Shown: one piece after another, positions 49,711 through 61,039 of the stretch
Layout: each line of letters starts with the position of its first letter
Numbering within the stretch: position 1 is the stretch's first letter
From: Octopus sinensis
Taxonomy: Eukaryota
Length of the DNA stretch: 64,000 bases
Direction of reading: 5' to 3'
Assembly (NCBI RefSeq): GCF_006345805.1
Contig: NC_043019.1
Location: forward strand, 19,405,360 to 19,469,359
Position numbers and translations under genes: made by a program
Notes under the pieces: model-generated
What the model was told of the DNA's origin: nothing
The model's database searches: none
The model's input: only the letters and a program-made list of their open reading frames with translations

Positions 49711-52060
49711 TCATGAAAGCTTTTTAGCGACTGCCATTTGGTGCATGAGAGAGTTCGATGCAGCTGCACTCATCTGCACCTCCTGCCGTGAAGTTGGTTC
49801 ATCTGGGACACCTGACAGGAGGAGATCCAGTTTCATTTTAAAGACATCTGCATCCACCCCATGCAGGTCTCTCAGGTTCTTTGGGAGGATATTGAAGAGC
49901 TGTGGGCCTCGGAAGCCAAGGCTATCACAGTATCTTGTCCTACATCTTGATGGCAAATTTGGAGTCCTAGGCACCACGCAGTAGCGCCCAGTTCTGGCAT
50001 TTGTGTAACTCTCGATGCCAAAGTTCGGGACACGTCCCTCCAGGATCTTCCAGATATATATTATGGCATATCTTTCCCGCCTACGCTCCAAGGAATATAG
50101 TTTTAATCTCTTGAGTCTTTCCCAGTAGCTTACATTCTGCATAGAGGCTATCTTCTTCGTGTAGCTACGTTGGATCGCCTCGAGTTCTGTGATCAACTTG
50201 ACGCTGGATGGTGACCATAACTGAGAGCAATAGTCAAAGTGGCTTAGGACAAGTGTCTTCCAGAGGACCATCATGGTTTCTTGTTCTCTTGTTCTGAAGG
50301 TTCTGAGAATCCATCCGGCCAGTCGTCTACATTTCATTGCCAAATTAGCAACATGTACACGAAAGGTTGCGTCATCACTCATGTAAATACCCAGGTCATG
50401 CACTGATTGTGCCTCTGGGATTGCTATTCCTCCGGGTCCAGTGTATTCATTGGGTATTGCATTTAGTTTTGCATGCTGATAGTATAGAGCTTGAAACTTT
50501 TCAGCATTGAACTGCATGCTATTCTTTTCAGCCCACTTGTATATTTTGTCCAGCTCACATTGCAGGTGTTTAGTGTCCTCAGGGTTCTGTATTGCCTGTA
50601 AAACTTTTGTATAACTTGTGATCGTGGCTCTCTGCGTGGCTGAGGGCATGTCTGAGAGGGCCATTATGAACAGTAGTGGTCCCAGAACAGTGCTCTGCGG
50701 AACATTGCTCACTATTTGCGTGTTAATGGAAGTGGCCCCATTGGCTACTACCACCTGACTTCTATCTTTCAGAAAGTCATGAAGCCATTCTTCCAGTTTT
50801 CCAACTATGTTGAGATCACGCAGTTTGTGACATATCATTCCATGATCGACTTTATCAAAGGCCTTTGCAAAGTCGAGATATATGACTTCCACATTTGAGT
50901 GGTTGAGCAGCCGTTTCAGCACCCAGTCATAGTGTTGTAGGAGCTGAGTTAAACAGCTTCTCCCTGGTCGGAAACCATGTTGGGTGTCGGGCAGCAAGTC
51001 ATTTTCTTCAAGGAAGGTGATCAGTTTCCTTCTGACTATTCGTTCCATGACCTTGCTGATGTGTGAGGTCAGAGAGATAGGTCTGTAGTTCTTGGCCTCT
51101 GCTCTGCTACCTCCTTTGTGAATGGGGCATATTTTACCTTCCTTCAGTTTTCTTGGAAGTTTGCCAGCTGCAAGGAAGCTCTGAAAGAGGAACTGCAGTG
51201 GAGAGACATTCAGGCCAGTTTTGTTTGAGGATCTCTTTCTCAATTTGTTTCCAGTTTGCCTTATTGAAGTTCAAGCTGGAAAGATTTTGAGAGCTTCTTG
51301 TAGGCTGTATGTCCATGCTTTCCTTTGGCCTGTACATAGTCAGCTCTACCATGTTGTGATCCGAGAGTAGTGTCGGTGTCACTTTCACATTATGGATGAG
51401 ATCCATATTATTTGTGAAGCAGAGGTCCAGTGTGTTACCTGCCCTGGTTGGTTGGAGTATTACTTGCTCCATGTACAGGGTGTTGATGAGGTTCAGGAGG
51501 GACCTCGCCTGTCCTCGTTCACATCTTGTCATTCCTGGGAGAGAAAGGCCCTCGGGCCATCTGACATTGGGTAGATTGAAGTCTCCCATAAGAAGTACAC
51601 TTATGTGTTGTTCTAATGTGATTAGAGCTTCTTCTATTTTTATAAGGCAGTCTTCAAACTTGCCTACATGGCTTGGGGCATCTGGAGGGCGATATGTAGC
51701 ACACATAACTACATCAAGTTGCCTTATATGTACAATTAGTGTGTCACACACCGAGTTTGAGTATGACAAAAGGACCTGGGGTGTGAGGTCCTCGCGGATG
51801 TACATAACAACTCCACCATGACTCCTTTCTTTTCTGTCGGTCCGTAGTACAACATACTGTGGTATGTGTAATTCCGCATCTGCTATGTCCGGTTTCAGGT
51901 GTGTTTCTGTAAGTGCTATGCATAAGGCTTGATTGCATGCAACAAAGTCTCTCAAGAACGGGACTTTCGTCCTGTTACTGTGTGTTAGTAGTCTTCTGAT
52001 GTTCAGTAGGAGCATCGAGGTGAGGTGTATACTGTTGCCGGTGGTGTCCACCTTGGGTCT
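49711..52060 (-). pseudogene. Disrupted LINE ORF2 (EN 51134-52159, RT 49711-51243)
   Basis: Frameshifting deletion at about 51203. ITSYTK replaces ITSYADDTK. Confidence 0.9.
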
Positions 52061-52894
52061 ATTTGCTGTGGTGGTCTTGTGAACTGTGGGTAGTCCCATC
52101 TGCGAGCTTGAGTTTGATGAAGCCAGGTTAGCTGCTGTACAATCTTTTGTGCCATGCACAAAAAAGATTCTTGCTCAGCAGCTGCCCTTTCAACAACACG
52201 TTGGCGGTTTGTGGCACGCACCACATCTGCGTACCTCCGTTTTGGGGCAGGTGGTGCGTGGTCCATCCCTTTTCCTTTCGGTGGTTGGTTTCGGCGGCAG
52301 GGTCCCGGATGTGCAAAACGGCAGCCTGGACCCTCCTCTCCATGCCGGCAGGCACCTCTCAGGTAGAACCTACATACCCGTGTGCGCTGCTTGTTTCCAT
52401 CCTTTTTGGCATATGGATAGTCAGGTTTGCTTCTATCCTTGGCTGTTTCGTTTTTTTGGTTTTGCCTGAGTTTTAGTTTTAGTTTTTCCTCCTTTTTTGG
52501 TTCTTTCATCTCCATGTCCATGGCTTTTGGTGCTGGTAGGAGCACCCGCACTTGGGTTTACCTCCCGGGCAGGTTTCTCACTGGAGTTTTCTTCCTGGGC
52601 GTCTACCAGGTGGGGGTGACCTTTTTCATCAGCGCCCGCGTCTCCATTCTTGCCATCTTTACTTTGTTCGCGTTTTTCGCTGTCAAAGATGGCATCCAGC
52701 GTGTTAACGTGCGATCTGACAAGTGAGTAGGAGCGTATAAATTCTTGCTTCTTCCGCTCTATTTGAGCTGACGTCCTTTTGTATCTGCTGCTCTTCAGCG
52801 CAGCCGTAATTATGTTATTTGGATTTTCTCCGTCAGCGCATTGCCATCCTCTCATGAACAACGCCAGTTCGTCACTTTTCCAGGTTCTGGACAT
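52003..52894 (-). pseudogene. LINE ORF1, split by one frameshift: Myb/SANT-like N-terminus and CCCH zinc finger
   Basis: Overlapping ORFs 52433-52894 and 52003-52551 lie directly upstream of ORF2. CRFYLRGAC-X8-C-X3-H at 52309-52374. Confidence 0.8.
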
Positions 52895-52904
52895 TCTTGA
52901 TATT

Positions 52905-52935
<31 letters not shown>

Positions 52936-53614
52936 ATTATATTAATTTATATTAATCTAATAGTGCAATAGGGGGTAGGGAAGAAATAGAGAAAGAGAGC
53001 GTCTATGTACTTAAGGAGAGATTGAGAGCCGAAAGAAGAGAGTAAGAGAGAAGAGGAAGAGGAGAGACTGAGAGCTGAGAGACTGAGAGATTAAGAGCTG
53101 AAAGAGGAGAGTAAGAAAAGAAGAGAGTAATGAAGAGACAAGGGGAAGCGTGAGGGAGAGAACTGAGGAGACAGAGAGAGAAGGAAGAAATATATATATA
53201 TCTGTCCGTAGAAGATTTCTAAACGAAGCTAATTGCACACACACAAACAGCTAAATAAAACACACACATATACATATGTATACACACCCATACATACACA
53301 TATATACACACGTGTGCACATACACATATATAAATAAAAGTAACAAATGAGTGTATAAAGAAAAATAAAACAGCTAAAAGAAAACAAGCCAAGAGATCCT
53401 CACAGTATTTAAACAGAGAAAAAGAGAAAAAGAAAATATATATTTGTCCGTCGCTGCAGACAATTTTTTTCTAAACTAAACTAATTGCGACTATACTTCT
53501 AACACACACATATACATATACATACAAACATATACACACATGTGCGCATACACATATATAAACAGAGTAACAAATAATATATGAAAACTAACAGATATAA
53601 CGGTAGGTTATTAC

Positions 53615-53705
53615 GAAATGTAAACAATACGATAGGTTTTTACAGAAATGAAAACAATACGATAGGTTTTTACAGAAATGAAAACAATACGATAGGTTTT
53701 TACAG
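53615..53705 (+). repeat. Minisatellite, 3 x 30 bp
   Basis: AAACAATACGATAGGTTTTTACAGAAATGA repeated in tandem. Confidence 0.9.
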
Positions 53706-54159
53706 AGTTTCAGGTAAATGAATTAATGAGAAGGAGTACTTATCTTATAAAAGGTATACACAGAGGTTTTTTTCCAAAAAGAGAAAAGAAAAACGGTTTT
53801 TTTTTTTGCTGTTAGGATCGACTGGAAATAAATTTAGAAGATTCCACCATGTGCTTTTTCGACAGGAAGAAATCTTGTGTGCGTTGTAAACTTAAGTGAA
53901 CAATACTTGACTTGTAGCAAAATATATTGCGGTTTTTAAACAAAATATCCAAGTACACGTCTATAAGGTAACAATTTCTACGTTTTTTATGAGTTTTCGC
54001 CAAATTATTTCGTCGATTTATGCAAACCTTGTTTTTTTTATCACAGAGCAAAGCAACACGTGTTTACTCTACGAAGCCGGAAGTCATATATGCATATATA
54101 TATATATATATATATTATATGCATATATATGCATATATATATATATATATATATGCATA

Positions 54160-55542
54160 TTGATTGATTGATTGATTGATTCTAGTTTCAGCTTATGAGC
54201 TGTGGCCATGCTGGGGCACCGCCATTTGGTGTTGCTACTTGGTTTCACTTCACGAAAGCTTTCTAGCAACTGCCATTTGGTGCATGAGAGAGTTCGATGC
54301 AGCTGCCCTCATCTGCCCCTCCTGCCGTGAAGTTGGTTCATCTGGGACACCTGACAGGAAGAGATCCAGCTTCATTTTAAAGACATCTGCATCCACCCCA
54401 TGCAGGTCTCTCAGGTTCTTCGGGAGGATATTGAAGAGCTGTGGGCCTCGGAAGCCCAGGCTATCACAGAATCTTGTCCTACATCTTGATGGCAAGTTTG
54501 GAGTCCTAGGCACCACGCAGTGGCGCCCAGTTCTGGCATTTGCGTAACTCTCGATGCCAAAGTTTAGGACACGTTCCTCCAGGATCTTCCAGATGTATAT
54601 TATGGCATATCTTTCCTGCCTACGCTCCAGGGAATATAGTTTTAATCTCTTGAGTCTTTCCCAGTAGCTTACATTCTGCATAGAGGCTATCTTCTTCGTG
54701 TAGCTACGTTGGATCGCCTCGACCTCTGTGATCAACTTGACACTGGATGGTGACCATAACTGAGAGCAGTAGTCAAAGTGGCTTAGGACAAGTGTCCTCC
54801 AGAGGACCATCATGGTTTCTTGTTCTCTTGTTCTAAAGGTTCTGAGGATCCATCCGGCCAGTCGTCTACATTTCATTGCCAATTTAGCAACATGTACACG
54901 AAAGGTCGCGTCATCACTCATGTAAATACCTAGGTCACGCACTGATTGTGCCTCTGGGATTGCTATTCCTCCGGGTCCAGTGTATTGATTGGGTATTGCA
55001 TTTAGTTTTGCATGCTGATAGTATAGAGCTTGAAACTTTTCAGCATTGAACTGCATGCTATTCTTTTCAGCCCACTTGTATATTTTGTCCAGCTCACATT
55101 GCAGGTGTTTAGTGTCCTCAGGGTTCTGTATTGCCTGTAAAACTTTTGTATAACTTGTGATCGTGGCTCTCTGCGTGGCTGAGGGCATGTCTGAGAGGGC
55201 CATTATGAACAGTAGTGGTCCCAGAACAGTGCCCTGCGGAACATTGCTCACTATTTGCGTGTTAATGGAAGTGGCTCCATTGGCTACTACCACCTGACTT
55301 CTATCCTTCAGAAAGTCATGAAGCCATTCTTCCAGTTTTCCAACTATGTTGAGATCACGCAGTTTGTGACATATCATTCCATGATCGACTTTATCAAAGG
55401 CCTTTGCAAAGTCGAGATATATGACTTCCACATTTGAGTGGTTGAGCAGCCGTTTCAGCACCCAGTCATAGTGTTGTAGGAGCTGAGTTAAACAGCTTCT
55501 CCCTGGTCGGAAACCATGTTGGGTGTCGGGCAGCAAGTCATT
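54160..55542 (-). mobile_element. 5'-truncated copy of the same LINE family, RT with YADD deletion
   Basis: ORF 54250-55629, (AATC)n tail at 54160-54181, ITSYTK. Confidence 0.95.
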
Positions 55543-56266
55543 CTCTTGTGTATGTGTGCATCTGTGGGTGCGTGTGTATTTTTTTGTGTTGGTGGGGATG
55601 TTATGTGTGTGTATGCTAGCACCTGCCATACGAGCACCAACAATTTGACCTCTTTGAAAGTCCGACAGATCTGTTGTTTGAATGAATTTTAATTACCTTT
55701 TTCTGATGATATCTGAAAAGAAACAACAATTTTAGCAAAACATATTAAGCAACACTAATAATAAATCAAAAAACATAAAAATAAACAAGTTTTGAGGGTT
55801 TTACAGGTATTTCAAAATTATGATGCTAGGTGTTACCATTATTTTGTCCATCCCCTGTATACACACACACACACACACACACCTCCACCCACATATACAG
55901 TAGCCTGCAACATGGTTGTGTAGTTAAAAAGTTGCTGTTTCTAATCAATGTTCTCCACCATACAAGTAGTGATGTTTGTTTGTAGTTTTTCCTGAAAAAC
56001 ATGTCCATGTTTGGGGATGGCGGATTATTAACCTTTATTGTATCCAGGTGAAGGTTGGCAATAGGAAGAATATCAGCTTGTAGGAATTCTACTTCTCTGA
56101 ATCTTGTCTGACTCCTGCAAGCATTGAGAATTTGATATTAAAACTCTGGTGATGTTGCTACTGCTGCTGATGATGATGATGATGTATGTGTTTTTACGAC
56201 TATTCCTATGTACATGCATATCTATACATGCATTCACTTCTAAAATTAGATATTTGTTTTCTGTAG

Positions 56267-56517
56267 ATTGCTGCGACAATCTTGGAAATGTGATGGATGA
56301 AGTAAAGAAGCTGAAGTCAACTGGTAACAGACAGCTTTTAGCATCGTACTGTACTGTTGGCATGTATATGCTGTTAGAAACAGGTGCCCCACATTCCAAG
56401 TCAGCGCAAGTGGTGGAATTTTGTACAACAAGTGCAATGGTGGCCTTTGCATTAGGATTTGCAGAAACTGCCGTACATGATTTGGCTCATGCAATAAGCT
56501 GGTGTAATTCAGTGCAG
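56267..56517 (+). CDS. Host gene coding exon 10 (phase 1-0), helical / TPR-like
   Basis: TTTTCTGTAG acceptor, CAG|GTTTGA donor, lies inside ORF 56149-56523. Confidence 0.8.
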
Positions 56518-56759
56518 GTTTGAAGAACTTTCTCCATTTTTTAACTCTTTTCTTTCTCTTTTTTGTCTTTTTTTTTACCTTTCTTTGTCCAAGAATATTT
56601 TTTCCTGTTTTTTTTTTTGGTTATTTTGTTTTTGCATTTTACATTGCGGGTGTGGCTGTGTGGTTAAGAATCTTGCATCCCAACTTTGTAATCCTCGGTT
56701 CAGTCCCACTGTTGAGCACCTTGGCCAAGTGTCTTCTACTGTAACGATCATTGTGTGTA

Positions 56760-58145
56760 TCATCATCATTGTTTGTCATTCGTTTTCCGTGCTAGCACGG
56801 GTTGGATGGTTCGACCGGGGTCTGGGAAGCCAGGAGGCTGCACCAGGCTCCAGTCTGATCTGGCAGTGTTTCTACAGCTGGATGCCCTTCCTAACGCCAA
56901 CCACTCCATGAGTGTAGTGGGTGCTTTTTACGTGCCAGGGGAGGCTGGCAGCGACCACGATCGGTTGGTGCTTTTTACGTGCCACCGGCACGGGAGTCAG
57001 TCAAGGTGGGGCTGGCATTGGCCACGTTCAGATGGTGCATTTTACGTGCCACCGGCGCAGATATCACAACTACAATTTCCATTTGGTATTTATTTTGATG
57101 TTAATGTTAACGTACTTGACTCAATAGGTCTCCTCAAGCACAGCAGGTCACCCTACGATCCAAGATAAGCACAGCAGGTCGTTCTGCAATCCAAGGTACT
57201 TTGGATGGGCTGGGGCTGCTATGCGAAACTGGTGCAGGAAACAGCCATGAACTCACGTTATTTATCAGGTCTTCGCAGTCACAGCATATCTCCAGAGATC
57301 TCGGTCTTTCGTCATTACCTCTGTGAGGCCCAACTTTCGAAGGTCATGCTTGACCACCTCATCCCATGTCTTCCTGGGTCTACCTCTACCCCGGATTCCT
57401 TCAACAGTTTGGGAGTGGCACTTCTTCACACATCTCTCCTCATCCATCCATAGTACATGACCATACCAGTGCAAATGTCTCTCCTGCTCGCTACATCCGA
57501 TGCTTCTTATGTCCAGCTTTTCTCTCAGGGCGCTTACACTCTGTCGTGTATGCACACTGACATTACACATCCAGCGGATCATGCTAGCTTCATTTCTTTC
57601 AAGCCTACACATGCCCTCTGCAGTCACAGCCCATGTTTCACTACCGTAAAGCATGGCAGTTCACATACATGCATCGTACAATCTACCTTTCACTCTGAGC
57701 GAGAGACCCTTTGTCACTAGTAGGGGAAGAAGCTTTCTAAACTTTGCCCAGGCTATTCGTATTCAAGTGGTGACACTGTCTGAGCATCCACCTCCACTAC
57801 TAACTTGGTCACCTAGGTAGTGGAAACTATCAACTACTTCTAGTTTCTCCCCTTGGAGTGTGATGGAATCTGTTTTCTGAGTATCTGTGGTGTTTATTGC
57901 CCCTGTGCATCTGCTGCACATGAAAGCTATCATCCTGGTTAATCTTTTGTTGCTGCTGCTGTACCTATTATGTATCCATAGCTTACACTGGGTACATCTT
58001 CTGGAGTTTCTACCTTCACCTTTTCTACAGATCGAGCAGGGCCACCTACCTGAGGGGGTGTGTGATGAGTTCGCCTTTCTGCTTACTAGAACTTTGGTTT
58101 TTGCTACATTTGCTCTAAGGCCTTTTGATTCTAAACCTAGCTTCC
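56760..58145 (-). mobile_element. RTE-clade LINE 3' portion with PHD insert and tail
   Basis: ORFs 57763-58167 and 57265-57654, followed by the (GAT)n-type tail. Confidence 0.9.
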
Positions 58146-58619
58146 ACACACACACACACACACACACACTGCATTTAATGGCATGTAAGACACTTTATCC
58201 CTGCCAAATATCCCTATCATCCTGGGTCCTTTATGCTAAGCTTGGCCTATATTGCATGATTTAATGTTCTAAAAACTATTTTTCTTGAAGAAGCACTGCT
58301 GCAATTTAGAGTCCATCCGAAATCTCCCATGGCAACCCATGAGCAGCATTCCTGCTGCTGCTGCTGCTACTGCTGCTGGAGCCCCAAAACACACAAATGT
58401 GCATCCAGCATTCTTTCTACTGCTGCTGTGTAGATTTCATGTTCATCTGTGATATATTTGTGTTATTTAACATACTACTGCTGTAAGAGATACTATCTCT
58501 GGATGAGTATCATGGTTCATTTGGTTTTCTCTGATGTATTTGCATTGAGTATGATACACGGATGACTGTTCGTTTCCTTTCTTCTTGCTACTCCCTAGTT
58601 TTTAACCTTTTATTAATAT

Positions 58620-59045
58620 ATGTTGATTTTTATACTCTTTACTCTTTTACTCTTTTACTTGTTTCAGTCATTTGACTGTGGCCATGCTGGAGCACCGCCT
58701 TTAGTCGAGCAAATCGACCCCGGGACTTATTCTTTGTAAGCCCAGTACTTATTCTATTGGTCTCTTTTGCCGAACCGCTAAGTGACGGGGACGTAAACAC
58801 ACCAGCATCGGTTGTCAAGCAATGCTAGGGGGACAAACACAGACACACACACACATACATATATATATATACATATATACGACAGGCTTCTTTCAGTTTC
58901 CGTCTACCAAATCCACTTACAAGGCATTGGTCAGCCCGGGGCTATAGCAGAAGACACTTGCCCAAGATGCCACGTAGTGGGACTGAACCCAGAACCATGT
59001 GGTTGGTTAGCAAGCTACTTACCACACAGCCACTCCTGCGCCTAA
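58620..59045 (-). mobile_element. Near full-length tRNA-derived SINE
   Basis: Reverse complement of 27920-28310. It ends about 50 bp before the exon 11 acceptor. Confidence 0.85.
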
Positions 59046-59092
59046 TTTATCTGAATTTTCTCTTTTTAACATTCCTATATTTTATTTCTAAG

Positions 59093-59315
59093 GACGTCCT
59101 CTTGGTATCAGATGTCTATTATAGAAAGGGCAATTACAAAATGGCTTTGAAATATTGTGAAAAGGCTTACGAATTTATTCCTCCTGACTTTATGTCCAAT
59201 GAGAATTATATGAAACCAATTCTGTATGAAACCATAAAAATAACTGTTGAAGGCTTGCATATGACTTCATTTCCTTGTTATAAAACTAAACCTGACATTT
59301 ATGATGTGTGTAAAG
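59093..59315 (+). CDS. Host gene coding exon 11 (phase 0-1), TPR motif
   Basis: VYYRKGNYKMALKYCEKAYEF matches the TPR consensus. TTTCTAAG acceptor and AAG|GTAAGT donor. Confidence 0.85.
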
Positions 59316-60584
59316 GTAAGTGGAATTTTGTTTTTTCATTTTTTTCAATTACTATGAACTTAACTCTGAGTTTTTCATTGAGGACTTGGCCCACAGTGTC
59401 AAGAGTGGCTATGAGGGGAATCCAAGACAAGCTGATACGGAGGTAGTGATACAGATAAACACAATTAGGCTTCACACACGTGTGCGCATGCATGCGTGCA
59501 TGTGTGGCACCCATGCCAGTGGCACATAAAAGGAACTCCTGCCACGATATGTAAAAGGCACTCACTATGCCCTTGGAATGGTTAGTGTTAGGAAGGGTAC
59601 CCAGCTGCAGAAATCAGGCTAAAATCAGACGAGTTTGGTACAACTCTCTGGTTTACCAGTTCCAGTGAAACTGTCTAACCCATACTGCATGGAAAATGGA
59701 TGCTAAATGATGATGATGATGATGTATCAAACCTAATTATGTTTATTTACATCACTACCTCTCTCTCTCTCTCTCTTTATCAACATTTAACGTCTGCTTT
59801 TCATGCTGGCATGGGTTGGACAGTTTAACAGGAGCTGGCCAGGCAAAAGACTGTACCAGACTTTTGTGTCTGTTTTGGCTTGGTTTTTATGGCTGGATGC
59901 CTTTCCTAATACCAACCACCCAGCAGAGTGGACTGAGTGCTTTTTATTTGGTACCAGCACTGGCAAGGTCACCAAATAACTACAGACTGATAGATAGAGA
60001 GGGAGGGAGAGATTACAGTTTATTAATTGAAAACTATCAACATATACATCTTTACTAACATCATATACATAATTTAAATAAAGTTTTGTAGTCAAGTAGT
60101 TTATTAACTGTGAGATAACAAGACATCAAAAGGTCTTGGGGACAAAGCATTTGATTTGAAATAAAATCAGCATTGAATGAACCATACCAGATGAGCAGGG
60201 ACAAAACAGCTGAGCCAAACTATCTCATATTTAGACCTCAATTGGTAGAGGCTTCAGACTGTTCAGTAGTTAAAGGTGGTCATCATTCAACGATGATGAT
60301 GATGATGATATGTTATAATAATTGATACTAAATTTGACTTAACAGTCAATCTGTCTTGATCATTATGAGGATAGCTAAATGAATGAGTTTCTGTAATCAG
60401 ACAGTGGTACATATAAAATTGGTATTTTAAGTTAGAAGCTAAAGATGGTTGCTAGGTGTAAAAGACTAAACTAAAATATGCGTTTGTATATATATGTGTG
60501 TGTGTATGCATGCGTGTGTGTGTGTGTGTTTTCTGATTGATGTGTTTAATGTTGCTTTAAATTATTTGCATTCATTTTCTGCAG

Positions 60585-60890
60585 GACTTGAAAGCTTCAT
60601 TTTACAATGTTTGCCTCTCTTATTCAACATTGGAAATGAAGCTGTGAAAAGAGGGGAAGATTTGCTCGGTGCATTTGCCTTTAATACTTTTTACACGTAT
60701 TGGCCATATCATGCTAAAGATTTTTTGAAAACATTTCACCTGAGGCAGCTTGATACTTCAGTATTCAAAATGGATGTTATGCAAAAACTCATTGTACTGT
60801 TTGTGAAGCACAATTTTGACTTGAGAAAACTTGCACTCCATGATGGTGATACCTACTTACACTCATGTGTAAAACTGTCCTTGTATTATG
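60585..60890 (+). CDS. Host gene coding exon 12 (phase 1-1), ankyrin-like DGDTYLHSCVKL
   Basis: TTTTCTGCAG acceptor and ATG|GTATGT donor. Confidence 0.85.
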
Positions 60891-60971
60891 GTATGTGCAA
60901 TTTAATTTACACTTTTTTTGTTGATCTGATTGACACTTTAACTTAGCAATATTTTCTCTATTTTCTAACAG

Positions 60972-61039
60972 GAAAAGAAAACAATGTTTTGACCTTACAA
61001 GACTTAGCTGTAATTTACATTAAAACTTGGATGAAGTAA
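60972..61039 (+). CDS. Candidate terminal exon: GKENNVLTLQDLAVIYIKTWMK-stop
   Basis: Strong acceptor TTTTCTCTATTTTCTAACAG after an 81-nt intron, open in the phase-1 frame to TAA. The gene may instead continue beyond the window. Confidence 0.4.

Larger units (their letters stand above)
49625..53185 (-). mobile_element. Full-length but defective CR1/L2-group LINE (5' UTR, ORF1, ORF2, (AATC)n tail)
   Basis: Same family as 15720-18832. It has a 647-bp internal deletion (equivalent to 16601-17247) and a 9-bp deletion in YADD. The 5' boundary is approximate (CT-rich leader ending at a TA run). Confidence 0.9.
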
